A program made the position numbers and the translations under genes. Positions 37,221 to 47,496 of a stretch of DNA of 64,000 nt are shown piece after piece. Position 1 is the first letter of the stretch, and each line of letters opens with the position of its first letter. Origin of the DNA: a virus; IMG/VR virus record IMGVR_UViG_3300025151_000001, positions 28,241 through 92,240 of that record; one strand, 5' to 3'. Under the pieces are notes generated by a model. It worked only from the letters and a program-made list of their open reading frames with translations, was not told where the DNA came from and did not search any database.

Positions 37221-38564
37221 TCATTGAAGGTTGGTAATCTTACCTTGACCCTTGAAGAAGGAACAGCCAACTTCACCGATGGTTCGGTAAAGAGCGCGGT
37301 TCCCGAGGGTTCCAACACCGAAGGGGTTTCCGTTGGAAATACCGTCCTCGAAGTATTGAGTAGGTTTCATAACAGATAGCCACATATGGTCGGTATCTAG
37401 GAAAAGCAAGTCACTAATCGAAGTTGAAGCGCCGGTAGTTGAAGGCATATCCTTGACCGGAATCAGAGGAATGTCGTAGTAGGTCGAAACACGGAAACCG
37501 ACTTCTTGGCCCTTTACACCACGAACGCCGTTCACGGTCGGAACAATTTCTTTTCGGTCCATGAAACGCTCTTGGCTCTGCAACAGGTCAGAAATGGCCT
37601 GAATGGTGTCGTAGCCCGTAAGGATAACCTTAGGAGAACCACCGGCGGTTCGCAGGTTGCGAAGAGTGTCGTTTAAGCGAGTTAAGGTCAAAGCCCGAAC
37701 ATCACCCGCAGCATAGCCACTACCGAAGTCAACTTGAGCATCTAAGAAAGATGCAGCGGTAAATCGCTCAGAACCGAAGATTTTACCCAAGTTGTTGGTA
37801 GCACTAGTTACATCGGTAGCAAGAACGTTATCGTCAATAGCAAGCAATTCATCACGGCTCGAAACAACCTTCATCAAAGATGTGTAGTTTCGCTCAATGT
37901 GGGGCATAGCGGAGGTTTCACCATAATGCTCCAAGGGCATAACGAGCATCTTGTTCTGAACTTCAGAGTGGTGCTTACCCATGTCTTCACGCATTTGAGC
38001 GCGAATGTCGCCAATACCGTCGTCAATCGCTGCCATTTCCATAGCCAATTCGGAGAAGTCGAATTGATGTGCGACTACTTTCGGAGAAACAAACAGTTGA
38101 GCGTAGGTTGGAGCAATTGGACCCAAACCATCAGCCGCAGTTGAAAGACCTGCATTCTCAGGAACGCCACCGATTGCGTCAGCACGGGGAGCATCTGCAC
38201 CGAGTAAAGCAGCATTCAAGGTTCCTGAGGTAGCAAGACCGAATGTATCACCACTACCACCGGCAGGGCGAGACTTCAGGATTCTCCAACCGGAGGAAGT
38301 GTATGGGCGCTTTGAAATCATCGAAAGAGCGTTGCATTCGCGGTTTAGCATAGACCAAACCTTTTGACCGTAAATTACGTTATAGAGGGAAGATAGGTCA
38401 CTTGCTGCCGTTGTTCCAGAACCGACACCTAAAGCAGTATCGTGTCCGGTGTGAAGACCGGCAACTGCGCCTGCTTGCTTCAGTAACGAATTACCTGCGG
38501 CAAAGTTTCCAAGTCCGTATGTTTGTGCTTCTAAATCTGCAATTGTGTTAATATAGCCACTCAT
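37221..38564 (-). CDS. major capsid protein (HK97 fold)
   Basis: Follows the protease-scaffold; 447 aa; YYDIPLIP and LFLDT motifs of archaeal tailed-virus MCPs. Confidence 0.88.
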   Translation of the reverse strand: MSGYINTIADLEAQTYGLGNFAAGNSLLKQAGAVAGLHTGHDTALGVGSGTTAASDLSSLYNVIYGQKVWSMLNRECNALSMISKRPYTSSGWRILKSRPAGGSGDTFGLATSGTLNAALLGADAPRADAIGGVPENAGLSTAADGLGPIAPTYAQLFVSPKVVAHQFDFSELAMEMAAIDDGIGDIRAQMREDMGKHHSEVQNKMLVMPLEHYGETSAMPHIERNYTSLMKVVSSRDELLAIDDNVLATDVTSATNNLGKIFGSERFTAASFLDAQVDFGSGYAAGDVRALTLTRLNDTLRNLRTAGGSPKVILTGYDTIQAISDLLQSQERFMDRKEIVPTVNGVRGVKGQEVGFRVSTYYDIPLIPVKDMPSTTGASTSISDLLFLDTDHMWLSVMKPTQYFEDGISNGNPFGVGTLGNRALYRTIGEVGCSFFKGQGKITNLQ

Positions 38565-38575
38565 GTTAAATCACC

Positions 38576-39238
38576 TCAAAGGTTTCCTCCGGTAAGACGG
38601 TGAATATCGGACCAATCCATCTTGGCGATATCGTCTAAGGTTGGAATGTTTGCAACTGCTTCTTCTTGAGCCTTTGCGATAACTTCACGTTCTGAGGTCA
38701 GAGACTTGCGAAGTTCAGTAAATTCGTTCTTAAGAGAAGCGATTTCGCTAGCAGCATCATAGTTCTGCTTTGCGATAAGATTCTCACGGGACGAAACTTC
38801 GGACTCAAAGCGAGCCGAAAAAGACTTCTGAAGGTTGTCGTAAGCGAGTTTTTCTAACTGCTCTTGACGGAAAGCCTCGTAAGCCTTTTCGATGTTTCCA
38901 ACGGAAAGGTCAAGGGTTTCTAACTCTTGGTTGTTAAATGCCTTAACAACGGGAAGGTCGGAAGCCTTTGGTTTTCCGTTTTCAATTACTACATGGTCCG
39001 CAGGTTCTCCAATTTCGACACCTGCGCCATCAAGAGTAGAAACAACAGCCTTTGCTTCCGAATCGTCCATGTATTCCATAGACTCTTCTTGGTCATCCAT
39101 CATTTCTTCGGATTCTCCGCCATAGTCACCACGTTCCATTTCGTCATCCATCATTTCTTCTTCTTCCTTTCGGAGCGAATTCACTTCTTTGAGAAGTGTA
39201 TCTAACTCTTCTAGTGCTTTTTCTAGTTTTTCGGTCAT
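38576..39238 (-). CDS. nested in-frame scaffolding protein
   Basis: Internal CAGGTGAGAAAATG (GGTGA SD + ATG 39238) right after the protease domain. Confidence 0.55.
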   Translation of the reverse strand: MTEKLEKALEELDTLLKEVNSLRKEEEEMMDDEMERGDYGGESEEMMDDQEESMEYMDDSEAKAVVSTLDGAGVEIGEPADHVVIENGKPKASDLPVVKAFNNQELETLDLSVGNIEKAYEAFRQEQLEKLAYDNLQKSFSARFESEVSSRENLIAKQNYDAASEIASLKNEFTELRKSLTSEREVIAKAQEEAVANIPTLDDIAKMDWSDIHRLTGGNL

Positions 39239-39781
39239 TTTCTCACCTGTTTTTTCTTGTTTTAAAATGTCAAACTTTGCTTCCGGGTTAATTCCTTTTT
39301 CACAAATCGTGACTTCATGCAGTTCTAACTTTGAAATTTCGTTATATTGTCCTAATTCAGAATTTGATTTCTTGACTTTCTGTAATGCTTGTCCACCAAT
39401 ACTAAAAGAACGGAGAGAACCTTTTCTAATTCCTCTGTTAATCTCCTTGGCTTTTTCGATATCATCGCGTAGTTTGATAACAACAAAGAATCCTACATCA
39501 TCAACTTCTGTTTTCCAGAGTCTTCCTGTTTTATCTCGGTAAGAGTCCACTACTTCTCCGACTTGAACATTTGAATGGTTGGTCATTACATTCCTAAATG
39601 ACTTTTGTTCCATGAATTTCTTAACTGCTTCGTTAAGTGCTTTGAGGGTAATCAAATCATTTTGCTTATCAACGATTTCAATGCTTGCATAACCACCAAT
39701 CATTAAGTCGTCGTTGCTTTTGAGAATCGTGAAATCTCCATCATCACCATTGGACTTCAGGAGGGTTCGCATTCCTCTCAT
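38576..39781 (-). CDS. prohead protease fused to scaffold
   Basis: GYAS...VDKQND, NHSN (His), RSFSIGG (Ser), LHEVTIC...GINP; acidic coiled-coil C-terminal half. Confidence 0.88.
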   Translation of the reverse strand: MRGMRTLLKSNGDDGDFTILKSNDDLMIGGYASIEIVDKQNDLITLKALNEAVKKFMEQKSFRNVMTNHSNVQVGEVVDSYRDKTGRLWKTEVDDVGFFVVIKLRDDIEKAKEINRGIRKGSLRSFSIGGQALQKVKKSNSELGQYNEISKLELHEVTICEKGINPEAKFDILKQEKTGEKMTEKLEKALEELDTLLKEVNSLRKEEEEMMDDEMERGDYGGESEEMMDDQEESMEYMDDSEAKAVVSTLDGAGVEIGEPADHVVIENGKPKASDLPVVKAFNNQELETLDLSVGNIEKAYEAFRQEQLEKLAYDNLQKSFSARFESEVSSRENLIAKQNYDAASEIASLKNEFTELRKSLTSEREVIAKAQEEAVANIPTLDDIAKMDWSDIHRLTGGNL

Positions 39782-39801
39782 GTCTCTTCATCTCCTTAGA
39801 G

Positions 39802-39808
39802 TATATAA
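39802..39808 (-). promoter_or_regulatory. putative TATA box TTATATA
   Basis: About 20-30 nt upstream of the protease start codons. Confidence 0.4.
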
Positions 39809-39818
39809 TGACCTCGCT

Positions 39819-42308
39819 TCAGGACTCAGGAATGGTCAAAGAATTATACCTGTCTTTGTAAATGTTCCATAAACCTTCATCTCCTTCTTTATCAGCCGGA
39901 GTTTGTTTATAGCCTGTCCACGCTAGCCACATTTTTTCATCCTTTACAGGGATAACTCTAAGGTGCAGTTTAGTTTCAAACTTATTACCCTTTAAGAAAT
40001 ATTCATGATATCCTTCCCTTTGGACACCTAATCGAATATCTCCTGCATCAATCAAGTCTTCCCTATCTTTAGTTTTAGAAACTTGAGCAGGGAATTTACC
40101 TGCTTTTCCGAACAACTCAAAAATTGCATCTTTTTCCGGTAGTTCAATATACCAAACTAAGTTTTCATCACCGAGTTGAATGCTAAAATCTAAGTTACCA
40201 TCTTTTCGAAGATAAATCTTAAACAAACCTTCTCTATATTCTTCGGGAGTTTTATATTCAGACTTGATTAATTTATCTGTCTCAGAAAACAATTTCTTTT
40301 CGGACATATCATAACTGATACCGTCCCTTTCTTCAGCCCAAGTCATTAACTTACGCTCTTTACTTTCTAGAATATCTTCATATTCTTCTGATTTCTTTTT
40401 CTTCAAGAAGTTATGCAATTCTCTAACTGTCTTTGGGCCTTGTTCTTTTAAGAAATTGATAATAGATACAGTAAGTTTTGCTTGCTTTGTTTTCATAATT
40501 TCCTCGGCTTGAGCCTTCCACATATCTAAATCTGCAATAGCATTCTTGGACATAAGGTTAGATTCTTCAAAACCATAGATAGTAAAACCATCATAATCTG
40601 ATTTAATGATTAATGTGGCCTCACCATGAATAAAGTCAGTAACTTTGATTCCTTTTTCTAAAGCACTAACATCATAATTTAATGATTTCTTAGTATCTTG
40701 AGATAACATATCTAAGGTGACAATTTTATCAGGTGCTTCTACTTCTGGGATTTCAATGACCTTTGCTGAGAAAACTGTGTATCTATCCCCGGCAGGCTTT
40801 ACTTCATCAACTTTCACACGAATAATGTCGCCTACCTTAGCAGAAATTTTGGTGTTAAGGGCCTTGCCTACGTCCATGTAGGTCTTGCCTTCAATCTCCC
40901 TGAAGTGCTTACCTTCGCCTTCTGTTGGTCCTGCGCCGAGCGTATATGAATACAGATTGCTTTTAGTCTTCTTAACATCGAGAACAATAAGGTCCAAGTC
41001 AACAAACTTCTTCCACTTAATCCATTTTGGATTCTTTCTTGTTCCAACATAATAAGTTGAGGTGGTGTCTTTAATGACCACACCTTCAGATGTAGGCATC
41101 TCCATAATTTCCTTCGAATAAGATTCAACATCTTTAATATTGTCGGCCATTCTAGTGTCTTTCTTGGATGGGAAAGCAACCTCTGTTGAAGAGCGAGAAG
41201 AGTAATTGTTGAAAAGAATAGTAATTCTATCCTCTAGCGGTTCTTCGATTAGCGACCTGTTCTCATGTCGCATAATATCGAAAACGTGCGCTCTTAGTGT
41301 AGCATTTGGGTATTTGCCTTTAAACACATGAGCAATTGTGTCTGCTCTATGAAGTGCTTCATCCTCATCAAATAAAATGAGTTCAGCATCAAGAATACAG
41401 TCTCCGTATTGTTTCTGCTTCATTTCTTTTACTTGGTCGGGACACTTATCAGTAATATCCTTTTCATTATAAGAATAAATTTTAACCTTATCATCAATCT
41501 TATGAATTTGGATTCTCATACCATCATATTTTTCTTGGATGACCCAATTACCACTAAAACCTTTTAATTCATTCAGGTCTTCAATATCGAAAATACGATA
41601 CATTGGTTTATTTGGAACTAAGAAATCAGACTGTGCTTTTTCCTCCACAGACTTCTGGGCCTTTTCAATTTCTTTAAGTTCATCTAACTCTTCTTCTTTG
41701 TGTTCAGAGAGATAAAACATTTCTAAAAGGTCAAGAGCAGAACTAACTTTGCTTTCGACCTTCTTTGAGTCTTTTCCATCACCGTATTGCTCGATGATGT
41801 ATAGGGCAACGTCGTCCACTTCTAGGTCAAGACCGGGGAAGCCGTCCGTAATTTCGTCCGGTTGCATATCTTTAATGCTCCAAACTTTCTCAGGAAGAGC
41901 ATCATTCCCGTCCCTTAGAGCATAGTGAAGAAACTTAGCCATAGTCTCTGGTTCTTCAAGTAATACTTCAAGAACTTTATCTTTGTATTTCTTTGTGAAA
42001 GGGTCATTGGCTTCATCAGCGGAAAGTCTCATATTTTTAATGCTCTCATAAATCTTAGATGCTTCATTGGTTTGTGGGTCCGAAGCATCTTTTGCTTCTA
42101 ATACATTTTCATTAAGGTAGTCTTCTAATACATTTGAAAGAGCATTAGTCTTAGAATAAATTTCCTTTAAGTCTTCAACTGCTTTTCGCCAACGACTACC
42201 GTATTCTTTTGGGTCTTCACGCGCAGAAAGATACGCTACGCGAGTCTTCTCGAATAAGCGAATAATCTCTTCAGAAGGAGATTCTTCTTTGTCGAGAAGA
42301 AGAGGCAT
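39819..42308 (-). CDS. lig: ATP-dependent DNA ligase with N- and C-terminal extensions
   Basis: QEKYDGMR, ILDAE, VFDIM, EGVVIK, WIKWK, OB domain. Confidence 0.9.
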   Translation of the reverse strand: MPLLLDKEESPSEEIIRLFEKTRVAYLSAREDPKEYGSRWRKAVEDLKEIYSKTNALSNVLEDYLNENVLEAKDASDPQTNEASKIYESIKNMRLSADEANDPFTKKYKDKVLEVLLEEPETMAKFLHYALRDGNDALPEKVWSIKDMQPDEITDGFPGLDLEVDDVALYIIEQYGDGKDSKKVESKVSSALDLLEMFYLSEHKEEELDELKEIEKAQKSVEEKAQSDFLVPNKPMYRIFDIEDLNELKGFSGNWVIQEKYDGMRIQIHKIDDKVKIYSYNEKDITDKCPDQVKEMKQKQYGDCILDAELILFDEDEALHRADTIAHVFKGKYPNATLRAHVFDIMRHENRSLIEEPLEDRITILFNNYSSRSSTEVAFPSKKDTRMADNIKDVESYSKEIMEMPTSEGVVIKDTTSTYYVGTRKNPKWIKWKKFVDLDLIVLDVKKTKSNLYSYTLGAGPTEGEGKHFREIEGKTYMDVGKALNTKISAKVGDIIRVKVDEVKPAGDRYTVFSAKVIEIPEVEAPDKIVTLDMLSQDTKKSLNYDVSALEKGIKVTDFIHGEATLIIKSDYDGFTIYGFEESNLMSKNAIADLDMWKAQAEEIMKTKQAKLTVSIINFLKEQGPKTVRELHNFLKKKKSEEYEDILESKERKLMTWAEERDGISYDMSEKKLFSETDKLIKSEYKTPEEYREGLFKIYLRKDGNLDFSIQLGDENLVWYIELPEKDAIFELFGKAGKFPAQVSKTKDREDLIDAGDIRLGVQREGYHEYFLKGNKFETKLHLRVIPVKDEKMWLAWTGYKQTPADKEGDEGLWNIYKDRYNSLTIPES

Positions 42309-42313
42309 ATAAA

Positions 42314-42829
42314 TCATCTAAGATTAATGAATTCTTCATCGGTTCTACTATGTCCAGTTCTACCGGCTCCACCATATTTTTGTTGTTCTATATAATCTTC
42401 CATCGCTTTTTCATGAAGTTTTGCGATTTGGTTTACATGATAATTGTCTTTAGTATCGGAACTTTTACTCAGTTCCTTAATGTGATGGTCCATCATCTGA
42501 AGCGAAGCCAATAATTTACCGGCGAGGCCGGGATAACCTGCTTTTTCTCTAGGTGGTCCTCTAAACTTAGCCTTCTTCATTTCTTGACCTGCAAGACCAT
42601 AACCTGAATGAGTTTCTTCACTTTGGGTCTTAATCTTAGTCTTATCAGCCTGAGCCTTTGGTCGCTTTAACTTGGCATTTTTGGCTTCATGCTCAACTTC
42701 ACCAATTTGAGTAGGCTCAATGTTCTTTCTTTTCTTTGCACTCAATTCTTCCTTAGCCTTTCTAGCCTTTTCAATAGCAAGACTCACTAATCTTTCTTCG
42801 GGTGTAACTCTTTCTGGCATTTCACTCAC
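42314..42829 (-). CDS. charged hypothetical protein (putative internal head protein)
   Basis: IEKA and MKKA sites; between portal and protease. Confidence 0.5.
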   Translation of the reverse strand: MSEMPERVTPEERLVSLAIEKARKAKEELSAKKRKNIEPTQIGEVEHEAKNAKLKRPKAQADKTKIKTQSEETHSGYGLAGQEMKKAKFRGPPREKAGYPGLAGKLLASLQMMDHHIKELSKSSDTKDNYHVNQIAKLHEKAMEDYIEQQKYGGAGRTGHSRTDEEFINLR

Positions 42830-43046
42830 CTGATAATTTCTTCACAACATCGTGAATTTCTGACCAATCCATACCAGAAACATCACCAACCCCTGAGGAT
42901 TTTTGAATGTTCATCGAAGGGGTAGGGCTATCAACAACAACATAACCTGACTTCATCAGAAGATTGTCGTTATTATAAACGGCTTTCTCTAGTTGTTCAA
43001 TCTTAGTCGTGAGTGCTTTTAAAATCTCTAATAAATCTTCGTTCAT
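42822..43046 (-). CDS. small protein sharing the scaffold C-terminal motif
   Basis: MDWSEIH versus scaffold MDWSDIH. Confidence 0.6.
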   Translation of the reverse strand: MNEDLLEILKALTTKIEQLEKAVYNNDNLLMKSGYVVVDSPTPSMNIQKSSGVGDVSGMDWSEIHDVVKKLSGE

Positions 43047-43408
43047 AATTTTTCCTCCTTCTTTTTAGCGGGATAAACTAAATCTTCCAATTGGCGATAG
43101 AGTAACTCATACTCCTTCCGTAATTTGCTAGCCGTGGCGACAATATCAACGTTGCGCTCGTCCATAGACTTCATCTTCTTTGTGAGTTTTTTATCTGATT
43201 TGACGAGTTCCATTGTTTTTAAAAGGGTAATCAAATCGCCTAGTTTTGTGAAGTCTTGACCAAAAAATTCAGAAGGCTCTGCCGTTTGAAGAGTCTTCTT
43301 AAGTTTCTTTCTTTCCTTAGAATTAAGAGTATCTAAAAGTTTTTCAGGAGATTTTCTCTCTTCTTTTAGAATGAATTCTTTTCCGGTGTCATAGTAATCC
43401 CAAGTCAT
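43043..43408 (-). CDS. hypothetical protein (putative head protein)
   Basis: MTWDYY...FILKE, LVKS. Confidence 0.55.
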   Translation of the reverse strand: MTWDYYDTGKEFILKEERKSPEKLLDTLNSKERKKLKKTLQTAEPSEFFGQDFTKLGDLITLLKTMELVKSDKKLTKKMKSMDERNVDIVATASKLRKEYELLYRQLEDLVYPAKKKEEKL

Positions 43409-43410
43409 AA

Positions 43411-45306
43411 TCATGCCTCCGGTCTTTTTGCGACTTCTTTTCTAATGAAGTCTAGAGTCTTTTCTAAAATTTTAATTTGTGTTTGAAGTTCTTCAGAAAT
43501 TTTCAATAAGAGTCTAGTATCTTCCACATCAAAGTCAGGGTCTTCAATTTTATCTTTAAGAAGTTCTTCTAGAAGTTCTTCCATCTTGTCCTCTTCTTTG
43601 AATTTTTCATCGGTTAGACTATCAACCACTTCAGAAACTTCTTCCTTTACCCTACTTAGTTGGGACTTTAAAGAATCTAAGAACTCAACAGTATATCCTT
43701 CGACAATTTCAGAAATTTCTTCAGTCATCCCTACTTTGAATTTTCTTCCTAATCCAGACAAGTCGTCAGATAATTTATCAATCAAATTAAAAATATCAGT
43801 CATTTTCATTTTTCGGTCTTCAACAATTTTATCTAATGTTGATTCATACTCTTCAACAACTTTAGCATATTGAGGGTCAGAAATTAAAAGATATCTAAGT
43901 TCATCATTTTGAGTAATGCTCTCGATTTCTCTATTCTTTTCTTTTAATTCTGATGAAGTAAAGGTATCTGGTCTAATATTTTCTCTTTGAAGATTTCTTT
44001 GGATTCTTTTTTTGTCTTCCTCAGAAAGTTCGGAACCTTCTTTACCCGCATATTTAATTTTAATTAGAATTTCAGATAATGCCTTACGCATTTCTTCTTT
44101 AACTTTCTCATATTCTTTACGCAATCTTTTGTCTGTGATTGGGTAAGAACCCGGATTAGATTCAGCAAGTGTCTTAATCTTAACAATAGAAGTTTGAAAC
44201 CTAGTGATGTTTCTAGAAATCCTTTTACTCCTCTCTCTTTCTTGGGCTAACCTTTGTTTTCCTCTTCCAGAAATTCCTTGAATATCAATCGGGATTTTAG
44301 TTTTTACACCGTAAGCCCTACTAGCAAATCTCGTTAATCTGAGAATAGCCTTTTCACTATCCTTTATTACAAATAAAATCTTTTTTATATTTTGAAAGTA
44401 TTCTTTATATCCTCTACTTTCTGGGGTAATTTCGTTTGGTCTTTTAACGAACCTTAGACCACCACTAGGGTCTAATGTGTAGTCAAAAATATCAGAGTTT
44501 TTATTTAATTGAGAATCATCGTTTTCCATTAGAATTTTAATTAACTCTAACTTCAGTAATGGTTGCCCCTCTAAGATTTTAATGAAAAGGTCTTGTTCTT
44601 CATCAGTTGATTGGTCATCAGAATCTAAGTTTTCAATTGACTTGGAAAGTTCCTCTGAAAGATTTAAAAGTTTTTCTGGAACTTCTTTAGCAATTTCTTC
44701 TGCTTCAAGTCTTTTAACTCCTCTTCGAGATGGTTGTTCAGAATAAAATGCAGCGAATTGCTCTCGAATATCTTTTAGAAGAGTGCTAGTGGTAATTCCC
44801 TTTGGAGAATCCGAGATTCCTTTTAAAATATTGACAAGTCTCGTTTCAGTCTCCTTAACTCTACCATACTTAGTTCTTAAAAAGTCCTTAAAGTCAGATG
44901 ATTTTTTAACCTCGTTTGACTCAAGAAGCCCTTCCAGATTTGGTTTTTTAACTTGTTCAGTAAGAGTATCAATCAATTTTCGCCTTTTCTCTTCTTCTCT
45001 TTTTTCCTTAGCAGTTTTCTTTTTCTTTTTGCCCTCTGGTTTAAGTGACCTAATTTGTTCAGCATCTGCTTCAGTATAAGTTCTTCTTTTTACGGGTGTT
45101 AGCCTATCATTCGGAAGGGGTCGTTTTTTATAAGAAGCATATACTTGTTCGCTAAATGCTCTTTGCTTTAAGAAACTATTTAATTCAGAAGCACTAGTAA
45201 ATTTTGTAATTTTTGAATAAAGTCTATCTCCAACTACAGTCTTAATTACATTTCCATGCGAGAGCATATCTGGCTCAACGTCTTCTTTAAGAAGGTTTTG
45301 CCACAT
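43411..45306 (-). CDS. large charged helical protein with W-x-x-L-L-K leader
   Basis: MWQNLLKE; K/E-rich, 631 aa. Confidence 0.65.
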   Translation of the reverse strand: MWQNLLKEDVEPDMLSHGNVIKTVVGDRLYSKITKFTSASELNSFLKQRAFSEQVYASYKKRPLPNDRLTPVKRRTYTEADAEQIRSLKPEGKKKKKTAKEKREEEKRRKLIDTLTEQVKKPNLEGLLESNEVKKSSDFKDFLRTKYGRVKETETRLVNILKGISDSPKGITTSTLLKDIREQFAAFYSEQPSRRGVKRLEAEEIAKEVPEKLLNLSEELSKSIENLDSDDQSTDEEQDLFIKILEGQPLLKLELIKILMENDDSQLNKNSDIFDYTLDPSGGLRFVKRPNEITPESRGYKEYFQNIKKILFVIKDSEKAILRLTRFASRAYGVKTKIPIDIQGISGRGKQRLAQERERSKRISRNITRFQTSIVKIKTLAESNPGSYPITDKRLRKEYEKVKEEMRKALSEILIKIKYAGKEGSELSEEDKKRIQRNLQRENIRPDTFTSSELKEKNREIESITQNDELRYLLISDPQYAKVVEEYESTLDKIVEDRKMKMTDIFNLIDKLSDDLSGLGRKFKVGMTEEISEIVEGYTVEFLDSLKSQLSRVKEEVSEVVDSLTDEKFKEEDKMEELLEELLKDKIEDPDFDVEDTRLLLKISEELQTQIKILEKTLDFIRKEVAKRPEA

Positions 45307-45317
45307 TTAAAATCACC

Positions 45318-45542
45318 TCAGAAGGGAATGTTTTCTTTTCGTCCACGACGACGTGGAGGAAGACTAACTACATCAGGAATATCCCTTGAAGTAGGAATAG
45401 ACTTGTGTGTTGTGTCAGTAGGTAAGCCAACAGAAAAATCCCGATTAGGAGTAATTTTTCTATCTGCGTTTGCATTCTGCGCTTTTACTTTTGCCAACTC
45501 CTTTCGGAGAGCAATTTCTTTTTGTCTTAAATCTTCGGTCAT
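45318..45542 (-). CDS. small basic protein
   Basis: GGTGA SD; coiled N-terminus, Arg-rich end. Confidence 0.55.
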   Translation of the reverse strand: MTEDLRQKEIALRKELAKVKAQNANADRKITPNRDFSVGLPTDTTHKSIPTSRDIPDVVSLPPRRRGRKENIPF

Positions 45543-45556
45543 TTAATCACCTTATT

Positions 45557-45850
45557 CTAAAGTCTATCAATCACTTCTTTAGAAAATTCTTCATAATCGT
45601 CTTCCGTGTAATCTGTAAGCAAAAGGATGTTAGGTTCCCCATTTTTAGTTGTTAGATTATATTTTTTAGCAATATCTAAAAGAATTTCATATTCTTTTTG
45701 ATAGTTATACGGCTTTTCAAAGAAATAAAAGATGCTTTCTCTTCCTGCACCTCCAATAATCTGATAATTTTCTAAAGTCTTTCCTAGAGCAATAAGAATA
45801 TCAGGAGTTCCCGGTAATCTTTCTGCCTTTCTTAATTCATTCTTCCACAT
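45557..45850 (-). CDS. small protein with WKNELRK leader
   Basis: MWKNELRKAE. Confidence 0.6.
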   Translation of the reverse strand: MWKNELRKAERLPGTPDILIALGKTLENYQIIGGAGRESIFYFFEKPYNYQKEYEILLDIAKKYNLTTKNGEPNILLLTDYTEDDYEEFSKEVIDRL

Positions 45851-47496
45851 CAAGGAATCCTCCTTTCACTTCTTCTATCAACGTTTTGATTACCCGCATC
45901 TTCAGGTAATCCGGTGAATCTCTTATCCGGTCCCACGCTTTGCCGTGCTTTATTTCTTGTGGCCGGTGGGTTCTCTTGGGGCGTAGGACTTCCACCCTGT
46001 AACGCTTGGCGTTGCATTTCATCGAGGTCACGTTGGTCAACGTTTGAACCTGCTAATGGGTCAACCTTAGCACCTTCTTCACCTTCAGGTTGTTCTTCAG
46101 GTTTTGGTTCAGGCGGAGGTTTCTTGAAAGTAAATTGTCCGTCTTCATCCATATCAACCTCAAAGCCAATATTTTTCATAGAAGCAGCAAGGCTAATTTC
46201 TAATTCACGCTTCCTAAGAACAGCAATTTCATCTTCTTCTTCGGATGGTGGAAGTTTAAGTTTCCAATCTGTGATACCGAATTGTTTAGTTAAGTATGGG
46301 AAAACGTAATTGTTATACACATTCTGAGCCATTTGGACCGCACGATTCGTAACAAGGATTTGCATACCTTCATTGTTAAGACCACCGCTTGTTGTGTTAT
46401 CAGCCATAAAGACTTTGCTTACACCATAGAAAGCAGAAATTCTGTCGCGTAAGTCATCCTTTACTGCGACATAATCCATCTCTTTTAGGCTGTCCATAAA
46501 CTTAATCCATTCAATAGCACCTTTGCCGTTCTCGGCTTCAATACCCATTACAGGAATAAAATGGGGGTCAGCCTCCATCTTCTCTTTAACGGAACGCCAG
46601 AAAGAACGCATGGATTCCATGTTTCTAGTTTGAACTGCAAGAAGACCACGGGGCATTCTACTCTTAGTGTAAGATTGATTTACATAATTCTCCATTGCAA
46701 TTAGAGTCATGATTAAATTATAAAGAGTAAGAATAGGAGAAGTCCCATATAAACGAGAAGGGCTATATTTACTAAAGTGAAGAATTTCTCCTTCAATGAA
46801 ATATTGGTCTTCTCCATGAGCGCGATTCACGAAATGAACAGGAAGAAGATTACCACCACAACTTTCACAAGTTTCATGCGGTTCAGAGACTAATACTGAA
46901 CGATGATTAATACAAGTAAAGCCTTTGGTTCCTCTAACTCCATCCTCATCCGAGTAAATATTCATAGTTACAGGGTCGCCCCGATACATTTCTTTGATAC
47001 GATGCATTCTAATTTTACCGTTCCCATCAATAAAATATTCTTTAACAAGAACAATGTATGCATCATCCATAATGTTGAGGTCGTCTTCTAATTCTTTAAG
47101 AACATCAATGAATAATTGTTCTGACTTATTAACATATCCTTCAATAAAGTTTTCAGCGTAAATTAGTTGTTTAGGATTAGGTTTTTTTAATTCTGTTGAA
47201 CCACACCTAGCACACTCATCAACCGGCTTATCGTGTTCTTTTCCACAACTTTCGCATCTTGCTTCAAATGCCTTTTCCCAATGATAGCCTCGTCTAAACG
47301 TTTCCTGTTTTAATTGCGTAGTGCAAGTTCTAGCGATAACAGATTGCTGATGCAGAGAATAAATGATTGGAGAAGTTACCATGTGCTGATAACTTCTTTC
47401 TTGGATGCCCATATTGAAAACTTGCCTATCGGCAGGTTTCGGAGTTTGCCTCCTAAAGAGGTTAGTGATGGAGAAGCGTCTTGGTCCTTCAGCCAT
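45850..47496 (-). CDS. portal protein with Zn-ribbon insertions
   Basis: DDAYIV, EILHF...LYGTSPI, MPRGLL, ISAFYGV; CESC/CARC and CINH/CESC. Confidence 0.85.
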   Translation of the reverse strand: MAEGPRRFSITNLFRRQTPKPADRQVFNMGIQERSYQHMVTSPIIYSLHQQSVIARTCTTQLKQETFRRGYHWEKAFEARCESCGKEHDKPVDECARCGSTELKKPNPKQLIYAENFIEGYVNKSEQLFIDVLKELEDDLNIMDDAYIVLVKEYFIDGNGKIRMHRIKEMYRGDPVTMNIYSDEDGVRGTKGFTCINHRSVLVSEPHETCESCGGNLLPVHFVNRAHGEDQYFIEGEILHFSKYSPSRLYGTSPILTLYNLIMTLIAMENYVNQSYTKSRMPRGLLAVQTRNMESMRSFWRSVKEKMEADPHFIPVMGIEAENGKGAIEWIKFMDSLKEMDYVAVKDDLRDRISAFYGVSKVFMADNTTSGGLNNEGMQILVTNRAVQMAQNVYNNYVFPYLTKQFGITDWKLKLPPSEEEDEIAVLRKRELEISLAASMKNIGFEVDMDEDGQFTFKKPPPEPKPEEQPEGEEGAKVDPLAGSNVDQRDLDEMQRQALQGGSPTPQENPPATRNKARQSVGPDKRFTGLPEDAGNQNVDRRSERRIP

